A DNA stretch of 64,000 bases from a virus. Of the stretch, positions 1-6,955 are shown one piece after another. The notes under the pieces are model-generated. The model did no database searches. It was not told the origin of the DNA and worked only from the letters and a program-made list of their open reading frames with translations. Both the position numbers and the translations under genes were made by a program. Position 1 is the first letter of the stretch, and the number at the start of each line of letters is the position of its first letter. Where the stretch lies: positions 32,001 through 96,000 of IMG/VR virus record IMGVR_UViG_3300024312_000003; one strand, 5' to 3'.

Positions 1-1
1 T

Positions 2-163
2 GAGGTGTACCCAGAAGCAGTGGGTCCTACTTCTTTCAGTCCTGAATATTTAACTGTTAAACATCACCGCATGGTTCCTCTGTTAATATCTAGCGTTATA
101 GAACTTAACGATAGACTTAAGAAAGCAGAAGAACAAATAAAGATTCTTTTGGAGAATAAGTAA
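2..163 (+). CDS. C-terminal end of a tail fibre with a peptidase S74-like intramolecular chaperone domain (5' truncated)
   Basis: Manual translation EVYPEAVGPTSFSPEYLTVKHHRMVPLLISSVIELNDRLKKAEEQIKILLENK* matches the EV.PEAV...L.V.Y..MVPLLI.AI.EL plus coiled-coil pattern of S74 chaperones. Stop overlaps the next start (TAATG). Confidence 0.7.
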   Translation, partial: EVYPEAVGPTSFSPEYLTVKHHRMVPLLISSVIELNDRLKKAEEQIKILLENK

Positions 164-1188
164 TGGCTACTGCAACTGCAACTATTTCAGTGGCGGTTAT
201 AAAGCAGCCGCAATACTTAGGCTCCGGTACGGTTGCTGCTAATAGAGTAAGCATGGGTGATTTAAAGAATGTTTACGGCGGCAATACAAATCCAAAGATT
301 TCAGAATACTACTCTGGAGGTAATTTTGTCTCTAAACCACCTCCAGTTAGTGCTTCTCAAAATGGAGTGATTCCAGAAAATGGTGATATAAGTTTGGGTA
401 AGTTTCTGGGAACAACAAACGAATATCTTAATACCATTGAATATCCAATCATCAGTAGAGCCGGTAATTGGAGATTGTATTTACCTAAACTACCATCTGG
501 TTGGCCTTCTGCCAAACTAGCAGGAAGATTGATAGGTGGCGGAGGTGGCGGAGGTGGCGGTTGGGGTAACGGAGCACCAAATCACGTAACTCCAGCCGCT
601 GCCGGTGGTGGTGGTGGCAGTGGTATTGATATAGACTTAACTACTTTAAACACTAATTTTAATACCAACCAAATGACTAAGGTTGATCAAATAGCTGCTT
701 CTGAAGCTAGTTATTTTGACTTAGTTATAGGTGGTGGTGGCGGTAGAAGCTGGAGTACTGGAGACTGGAATAACGGAGGAGATACTTCGCAACATCCGGG
801 CGGTGCTGGCGGATATAGTTATTTAAACCTATACAACAGAAGTACTGGACAATCCTCTAATATTGCGACTTCTCCCGGCGGTAACGGTGGTGAAGGAGGT
901 ACTTATGGATGGTCTAATGCCGGATATACTGAAGGTGGATGGCCTAATGGTGGGCGAGGTGGTGCCGGTAGAGGCGCTTGGTTCACTGGTGGTAATGGCG
1001 GCGGTAACAGTTTAGGCGCTGGTGGTAATGGCGGTTACGCTGATGGATGGGGCTCAGACGCTGTCAATCCGGGAACTGGAGGCGGTGGCGGTGGAGCCAG
1101 AGCTGTCAGTTCGGATTATGGCGATGGCGCGCCAGGAGGCAATGGTGCTGCTGGTTATGGAAGAATAATACTACAGAAGGGTACATAA
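163..1188 (+). CDS. Glycine-rich tail-fibre adhesin (gp38-like)
   Basis: N-terminal SMGDLKNVYGG...ISEYYSGG...IPENGDISLGKF motif, then many poly-Gly runs with Trp/Tyr loops. Translationally coupled to the fibre gene. Confidence 0.65.
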   Translation: MATATATISVAVIKQPQYLGSGTVAANRVSMGDLKNVYGGNTNPKISEYYSGGNFVSKPPPVSASQNGVIPENGDISLGKFLGTTNEYLNTIEYPIISRAGNWRLYLPKLPSGWPSAKLAGRLIGGGGGGGGGWGNGAPNHVTPAAAGGGGGSGIDIDLTTLNTNFNTNQMTKVDQIAASEASYFDLVIGGGGGRSWSTGDWNNGGDTSQHPGGAGGYSYLNLYNRSTGQSSNIATSPGGNGGEGGTYGWSNAGYTEGGWPNGGRGGAGRGAWFTGGNGGGNSLGAGGNGGYADGWGSDAVNPGTGGGGGGARAVSSDYGDGAPGGNGAAGYGRIILQKGT

Positions 1189-1424
1189 TGGCACTATCCA
1201 TAGCTCAAGACTATCTTGGTGTGATATTCGTTAAAGACGTGCAAGTCGATTTCACAGCTGTGCGAATAACATCCAGCATAGGACTAGTAACCGCATCCAT
1301 ATCTCCAGCATTACCAAATGGACTATCTTTAAGTGTTGTCTCTGGTAATGTAAAAATAACAGGTAAGCCAACTGTTGATGTTAACATGGCGGATTATGTT
1401 ATTACAGTTAATGACCAGTCATAA
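1188..1424 (+). CDS. Small putative Ig-domain (He_PIG-like) protein, 78 aa
   Basis: Start taken at the TAATG overlap (MALSIAQD...) rather than 1047. SPALPNGLSLSVVSGNVKITGKPT...YVITVND is typical of putative Ig repeats. Confidence 0.55.
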   Translation: MALSIAQDYLGVIFVKDVQVDFTAVRITSSIGLVTASISPALPNGLSLSVVSGNVKITGKPTVDVNMADYVITVNDQS

Positions 1425-1430
1425 CAGCAT

Positions 1431-1453
1431 AAAGAGGGGAATTCCCCTCTTTA
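1431..1453. terminator. Bidirectional intrinsic terminator
   Basis: aaagagggga-at-tcccctcttt hairpin between convergent genes. Confidence 0.8.
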
Positions 1454-1462
1454 TGCCTTGTG

Positions 1463-2059
1463 TTATTTTAGGGATTGATTATAAACCCTAAATACTTCTT
1501 TGTATATGTTTCCAATTTTCTGTCTCTCATCTTCTAATTGAGTACTTCCCTCAATTAGTTCAATGTATTTAAATGGAATTTTTGGAATGTCTTGATTTAG
1601 ATTATCTTGTATTTCTAAATCTATTTTTATCCATGTTTCTCCATTAAGTTTATTAGTGCTCGTATCTATTTCAAATTTAAACTTAACGCCTTGTTCATTT
1701 TCAACAGGTATGAAGTATCTTCTCTTTAACAGACCATCAGGACAAATGGTCTTGAACATCTGAAATATATCGTTCGTAACAGGTAGTGAAGCTTCATTAC
1801 GTCCAGTTTGTTCTTTTGTTTTAATTGTTTGGACGTAAGTTACAACTCCATCTTTATTGATGGTTTTTCTGCAACGAACAGATCCAAGCATTACATCTTT
1901 ATTCTTAGAAGGAATACCCCATTGTTCTTGATCTTCCCAACCTTGTGACAAATTAATTATCTCGTCTAGATTTTCCACACGAGCGTAGTATTCTAATTCT
2001 ATTTCTTTTCTGGAATTTCCATCGGAAATATCTTCCATCGATATTTTTAAATGTTTCAT
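1463..2059 (-). CDS. CYTH-domain (triphosphate tunnel metalloenzyme-like) protein
   Basis: KEIELEYY (ExExK-like), SVRCRK, YVQTIKTK, RNEASL, LLKRRYF, FEID and IKIDLEI motifs. Start moved to MKHLK because the longer start lies in a terminator flank. Confidence 0.7.
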   Translation of the reverse strand: MKHLKISMEDISDGNSRKEIELEYYARVENLDEIINLSQGWEDQEQWGIPSKNKDVMLGSVRCRKTINKDGVVTYVQTIKTKEQTGRNEASLPVTNDIFQMFKTICPDGLLKRRYFIPVENEQGVKFKFEIDTSTNKLNGETWIKIDLEIQDNLNQDIPKIPFKYIELIEGSTQLEDERQKIGNIYKEVFRVYNQSLK

Positions 2060-2104
2060 TATTTCTAAAGAAAATGATTGATCTATACAATAATGAAACG
2101 GCAT

Positions 2105-2133
2105 AAAAAAGAGATGGAGTTACCCATCTCTTT
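2105..2133. terminator. Intrinsic terminator
   Basis: gagatgg-agttac-ccatctc hairpin with A/T tracts. Confidence 0.7.
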
Positions 2134-2139
2134 CAAGAT

Positions 2140-2433
2140 TCAGCTGAGTATGAATTTAGTCAAATCAACGAATGAGCTTAGAAAAGAACCCAGTAGACTT
2201 TCATTGAAAGGTTTACCTTGAACAACAACAGTGTAGCTCATTGATAAAACAATAACAGTAAAAGAAAATACCAGAGAACCAACTAGAGATTTAATAACCC
2301 AATGCTTTAGCTCTCGATTATCTCTATTTTGTTCGTACTCTTCTCTATGTTTAAAAATATTCCACGGATAGGGTTGTCCGTGTGTTTTGGGCACTTCTTG
2401 CCCTTGATTATCTTTATTTAGTTCTTGAGTCAT
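2140..2433 (-). CDS. Small membrane protein, possible holin/antiholin
   Basis: Long hydrophobic segment VIKSLVGSLVFSFTVIVLSMSYTVVV plus an amphipathic tail. Follows the spanin-like pair. Confidence 0.4.
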   Translation of the reverse strand: MTQELNKDNQGQEVPKTHGQPYPWNIFKHREEYEQNRDNRELKHWVIKSLVGSLVFSFTVIVLSMSYTVVVQGKPFNESLLGSFLSSFVDLTKFILS

Positions 2434-2448
2434 ACTGCACCCCTATCG

Positions 2449-2781
2449 TTACTTAGGTAATGCCTTATCTGATTCTTCTGCAGCTTTTTCTTGGTTAAGC
2501 TTCCACTGTCGAATATTAGAAAAACGGACATTACATAAGATTATTGATTTCTGATGTTCTGTCAATGATGCAAACAGTATTCTTTCTTTTTCAGAAGGAA
2601 GAGAATCTAGATACGTGTCTATATCTGGAGGAGTTGGTAACTCACAGCCTTTGAGCATTTCTTCAGGAGGAGCAATAACTGTTGTCTTATGTTGAACAAC
2701 GGTTATTACTTTATCCTCTCCTCTATTGATGATGCCGGTGAGGATACCTAAAGCAGCAATTACAGCTAAGAGGATTTCCAT
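2449..2781 (-). CDS. o-spanin (Rz1)-like protein
   Basis: Hydrophobic N-terminus, Pro-rich APPEEMLKGCELPTPP and ILCNVRFSNIRQW. Directly follows the i-spanin-like gene. Confidence 0.55.
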   Translation of the reverse strand: MEILLAVIAALGILTGIINRGEDKVITVVQHKTTVIAPPEEMLKGCELPTPPDIDTYLDSLPSEKERILFASLTEHQKSIILCNVRFSNIRQWKLNQEKAAEESDKALPK

Positions 2782-2790
2782 GATTTTAAC

Positions 2791-3243
2791 TCACTTACAT
2801 CTTTCGTGTTGTGGATTTTGCTTGCAATAGAAAAGCCAAGCTCCCTTTATGCGTTCCGAACTTATTTCACGTTCCATTGCAATTTTATTCGCATCGGTCT
2901 TTGGAAGAGCATCGTACTTCTTAATGATTGCTGTAATCTTTCTGTCAATGTCTCTCTCAATACCGCTCAGAATCTCATTTTTTTCCTGTAGATCTCGAGA
3001 CAATTGTTTAATTGTCTCTTCACTTACTTTTTGAATGCGATTCTTAGATTCAATATCTTTTTCAAGATTAGCTTTAGCAATCAACAAAGAATTATTTTCA
3101 ATGCTTAGATTGGTTAGAGCGGATTGTTGTTGCTTATACAGAAAAGCGAAAGTTACACCAACTATCAAAGCTATCAAAGTTATGATAAGCATCAATCTGT
3201 TAAGAACATTACTCATAAATGAATCACTGTTGGGTTTTTCCAT
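2791..3243 (-). CDS. i-spanin (Rz)-like protein
   Basis: Single N-terminal TM helix, long coiled coil and C-terminal Cys pair (FYCKQNPQHERCK). Confidence 0.6.
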   Translation of the reverse strand: MEKPNSDSFMSNVLNRLMLIITLIALIVGVTFAFLYKQQQSALTNLSIENNSLLIAKANLEKDIESKNRIQKVSEETIKQLSRDLQEKNEILSGIERDIDRKITAIIKKYDALPKTDANKIAMEREISSERIKGAWLFYCKQNPQHERCK

Positions 3244-3833
3244 TTTAACATTTCCTTATCAAAGTTCTCTTTGAGTTTACGATATTTCCAATAAGCTATA
3301 GCTATAGCGTCTATTGAATGTTCGTCCAATTTATCTAAACTTACTTCTCCAACGTAGTTGAGATTATTAAGTTTTAAGATGGCTTCTTGAACTTGCTCTT
3401 TTTTGGCATTACCTTTTGCACCAGTTGCAATTTTAGCAGTAGGTGGATCGACCAATTCAAGAGACAATAATCTAGAATATTCAAAACAAGCATATCTGAT
3501 TGCACAAACCACCTCAGTTAATGCAGCGAAAGCGCTTGGTCTTCTTGAATTATAAAAAGGAGACTCACAAACAATTGATATTGGATTTACATCACAGAGT
3601 ATCGAAATGATGTTTTGTTTATGAGCTTCTATTCTTGCAAATTTATCGCCAAATATTGAGGCGATTTCTTTAGACATTCCTAGTTTAGAACCTATATATG
3701 TCTTCGATGTTGTTTCTATTATTTCGAATGTGGTGACGTCTATATGCATGACACATAGACCCAGGGTTTCGGACCCTGGGTCTATGCCTATGATGCTACC
3801 AACATTACCAGCTTGAGCTGGTAACAAATTCAT
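3213..3833 (-). CDS. ruvC: RuvC-like Holliday junction resolvase
   Basis: IIGIDPGSETLG, IVCESPFY, PPTAKIATGAKGNAKKEQV and EHSIDAIAIA catalytic motifs. Confidence 0.9.
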   Translation of the reverse strand: MNLLPAQAGNVGSIIGIDPGSETLGLCVMHIDVTTFEIIETTSKTYIGSKLGMSKEIASIFGDKFARIEAHKQNIISILCDVNPISIVCESPFYNSRRPSAFAALTEVVCAIRYACFEYSRLLSLELVDPPTAKIATGAKGNAKKEQVQEAILKLNNLNYVGEVSLDKLDEHSIDAIAIAYWKYRKLKENFDKEMLKWKNPTVIHL

Positions 3834-3835
3834 AC

Positions 3836-4681
3836 TTAACCAACAAACGACCAAAGTGGCTCTGTTGCACCAACATCCAAAGCAACAGAAGTACCATTGT
3901 TCGCAGCCGAAGCAGGAATAAGGGTTGAAACAAAAGATGCAATTTGAGTTGCTATTGTTTCGTTAAAGTTAAACGTACCACCGTTAGAAGCATTGACCGT
4001 TATAACACGATCAATACTATAGCATAGTCCGATCTCAGAGATGATCGCATACCCTTCATCATTATAGATGATTTGTGCAACATTCTTAAATTCAGCAATA
4101 TCGTCAGCTGTCAAGCTTAGATTAAGTCTTGCAGCAACAGTGGTGTAATCACCATCGACAGTATTGGTGCCGTTGTTATTAATTGCTGGAGGAGTGGGAT
4201 TTAGATTCGATGCAGTGGGAACAAACGAGCTGGATGTTTCTTGTCCGTTTTGAATGTTCTTCTCTTCCATGGTTACGGTTAGATTGGTTTTATCTATCCG
4301 ACGACCATAATACGCAATATAGGAAGTACCGTTATGCGTTTCTGTTCTTCTGAGACAATACTTAGCTCTTTGAACTGGAGACAAGTCGTTGTTGGTTTCT
4401 CTTAGAACAAAGGGAAGTTGATTATACAGGCTTGCATCAGTACCCCGATGCACTACTGGTTCAGGTTTAGCAATACCATTAGCCCCAACCGAGAATGAGT
4501 GACCGCCATTACCAATCACATAACATGCAATCGAAGGGAATTCACCGGCTGAAGGTAACGTGCTCGCTAAGATGCTGAGTTTTTCATTTACTCGTGTAAA
4601 TTCCTTGTATTCCGGATCTACTTTGAGAGAGAGGCAAGTTTGAATATAACTGCCGTATATCGATCTTGTGTTATTGTCCAC
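3836..4681 (-). CDS. Virion structural (baseplate/tail-associated) protein
   Basis: 281 aa with IACYVIGNGGH and ISEIGLC motifs. Syntenic position between portal block and RuvC as in phiKZ-like phages. Confidence 0.6.
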   Translation of the reverse strand: MDNNTRSIYGSYIQTCLSLKVDPEYKEFTRVNEKLSILASTLPSAGEFPSIACYVIGNGGHSFSVGANGIAKPEPVVHRGTDASLYNQLPFVLRETNNDLSPVQRAKYCLRRTETHNGTSYIAYYGRRIDKTNLTVTMEEKNIQNGQETSSSFVPTASNLNPTPPAINNNGTNTVDGDYTTVAARLNLSLTADDIAEFKNVAQIIYNDEGYAIISEIGLCYSIDRVITVNASNGGTFNFNETIATQIASFVSTLIPASAANNGTSVALDVGATEPLWSFVG

Positions 4682-4730
4682 GTTTTTTCCTTACAAAGAT
4701 AATCAAAATATTTAAAATCAAAGTAAAAAA

Positions 4731-6923
4731 TCAATAATTCCATATATCTTTTAACATAGACTTATTCTGATCAGTCATGCTTAGATAAAGGTCAACTCCT
4801 GGCACAGGTTCTATTTGAACATCGCCAGTATTTATGACAGGATTTACAGATCTTACATCGAGGGATAGTGCTTGTCGATAAATGTATGCGGTTATAGAAT
4901 CAGAAACCAAAGGCTCTGATGTTAACTCATAGTTTATCGTCTTATTAACGCGTATACCAACATTCATGTCAAATTCTTTCGAACCAAGCTCGAAAGATTG
5001 TTTATCGTTGATTGTGGTTTTAGTATTTTCCACATCTAAGACATTGACAATTTTATTTTGCTGATCCATTGTTTGTTCAAAGTTATCTAACCTGAGAACA
5101 TTACAAGGAGCATCCATTATTGGTGTTGCATTGACAATAACAGAATACTGAGTTGAATAACTGCCTAACTGTTCCATGAGTTTTATCATGGCTGCTTGAA
5201 TCTGTCTTAATCCAATCTCATCTTCTAAAGAACCACCTATTGCTTTCTTTAGTATTTCTTTATACAGATTCTCTAAGTCGCCATTGCTGTAGCTAGAAAT
5301 ATCTATATTCTGCTGAGAGAACCATTGCGCGTATGTTTGCCCAGCTGTGCCTAATTGGATAACTGAGTTACTCCAGCACCTAGACATCATTGCTATTTTT
5401 TGTCCTCTGGCTTCTGACTTCTGCTCAGCAACTACCATGTAGTATTGTTTAAGAGCTGCTTTGTGTAACTTCACACACCATCTTCTAAAAGCAAGTGTCG
5501 TGACGTATTGTTCGTTAGGCGGTAATTCCGATAATAGAGATTGTGCAAAATCAGAACTAACTCTTTTACTATCCACAACAGACATTAAATCAGAGACTCC
5601 GGGTCTTGGTAGTCTGAGTACTCTTTTTGCAATGATTTTCGGCAGATGTGTTAGTTCTATACCTATTGTTTTGTAATAGGCATATATGAATAATTCTAAC
5701 GCTCTATTTGCTCTGATGGTTAGTACTTCAGCAGTGGATGGCATTTCAATAGGTAAAAAAGTCCTATACAAACCAGTACCGCTTAAATGGAACCATTGAT
5801 TCAACAATGTGTCTGCAAGAGTATAGTGTTCACTTCCAGCATAATCAATCATTGTAGATTCTACTAACTTAGTCCTAAGACTGTTAGATAGTGAATTCTG
5901 CATTGTCTTAATTATCTTTGGCTCATACTCTTCTCTGTACTTAATGTTATCTCTTGCCAAGCTGTCTTCTTTATTAAGTACTTCTTCAAGAGTAAACAAA
6001 TTCTTAGAATCAAAATTGTTTCTTGTATTCAGAGGATTCTTTCTGAACTTAACAATTGGTCTAAGTTGAGTAGGTTGATCTGTTAAATCGTGCTTCATCT
6101 TGTATTCTGCCAGAGGAATGCCTCTTACAGTTAACAAGTTATCCATCAACCAATGAAACACAGCGTTCTTACCATTATTTCTAGCAATGTAAGCTATATT
6201 TCTATAAAGAAACAACTGCTGTTTTCTACTCATATACGGAATATACCCATCAAGCATTCCGTGACTGGCTAAATATTGTTTGAGGTGGTAAGAGTGTACT
6301 TCGTTCGTTTTACAAGCTTTTAAACGAAAATTAATGATTGCTGGTACTAAATTCAAAAACAAATTACCCAGCATTGTAGCTGTGTATAAATTGTCTGACA
6401 GCTTGAATTGTATGTTATCCCATCTACCAAGATAATCATATATCCAATTTTGAATCTTACCAATTAGAGAATATTCGTGTTCTTCAATTAGATTTGGTGG
6501 ATACGAAAGTATTGTTCCAGGCCGAGATTCTATGGCGTATCCTATGTCGCAAGGATAAAGAATGCCTAAAATCAATCTTTCCTGGTCAGGATATCGACTT
6601 ATGAGTTCTTTATAGTTTCTAGTTCCATATTGATAAGCAGAGGCCGTACCAGTATGGATCTGTAAATTAGCTTTAGAGAAAGTAATTGTCTCTAAGGTGT
6701 CCAAAGAAACAACAGTCATCGGAGTGTCTTCAGAATGATATTCCCCTGAAACATTTAGGTAATACCTCCATGTGGTGGGACTATATTCATCAACAACTTG
6801 ATCACCGTATTTCTCTATCAGTTGTTTATTTAAAGCTATAGCAGTATCGTGGCTCTTTATAACTATCGAAGAAGCCAGCTGTATTATGCTATCAGTGTAA
6901 ATTTGATAATAGTTGTTTTTCAT
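4731..6923 (-). CDS. Virion structural protein (baseplate-wedge-like)
   Basis: About 730 aa with WRYYLNVSGEYH, ACKTNEVHSYH and LFLYRNIAYI motifs. Divergent from the portal gene, as in phiKZ-like genomes. Confidence 0.65.
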   Translation of the reverse strand: MKNNYYQIYTDSIIQLASSIVIKSHDTAIALNKQLIEKYGDQVVDEYSPTTWRYYLNVSGEYHSEDTPMTVVSLDTLETITFSKANLQIHTGTASAYQYGTRNYKELISRYPDQERLILGILYPCDIGYAIESRPGTILSYPPNLIEEHEYSLIGKIQNWIYDYLGRWDNIQFKLSDNLYTATMLGNLFLNLVPAIINFRLKACKTNEVHSYHLKQYLASHGMLDGYIPYMSRKQQLFLYRNIAYIARNNGKNAVFHWLMDNLLTVRGIPLAEYKMKHDLTDQPTQLRPIVKFRKNPLNTRNNFDSKNLFTLEEVLNKEDSLARDNIKYREEYEPKIIKTMQNSLSNSLRTKLVESTMIDYAGSEHYTLADTLLNQWFHLSGTGLYRTFLPIEMPSTAEVLTIRANRALELFIYAYYKTIGIELTHLPKIIAKRVLRLPRPGVSDLMSVVDSKRVSSDFAQSLLSELPPNEQYVTTLAFRRWCVKLHKAALKQYYMVVAEQKSEARGQKIAMMSRCWSNSVIQLGTAGQTYAQWFSQQNIDISSYSNGDLENLYKEILKKAIGGSLEDEIGLRQIQAAMIKLMEQLGSYSTQYSVIVNATPIMDAPCNVLRLDNFEQTMDQQNKIVNVLDVENTKTTINDKQSFELGSKEFDMNVGIRVNKTINYELTSEPLVSDSITAYIYRQALSLDVRSVNPVINTGDVQIEPVPGVDLYLSMTDQNKSMLKDIWNY

Positions 6924-6955
6924 CTCGATTATACTCCAAAGGAGTTTTTTCAATC

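Noticed and set aside
520-1160. GGT/GGC repeat runs as a DNA repeat array or CRISPR
   Set aside because: These are poly-Gly codons with synonymous variation. No direct-repeat/spacer periodicity was seen anywhere in the window.
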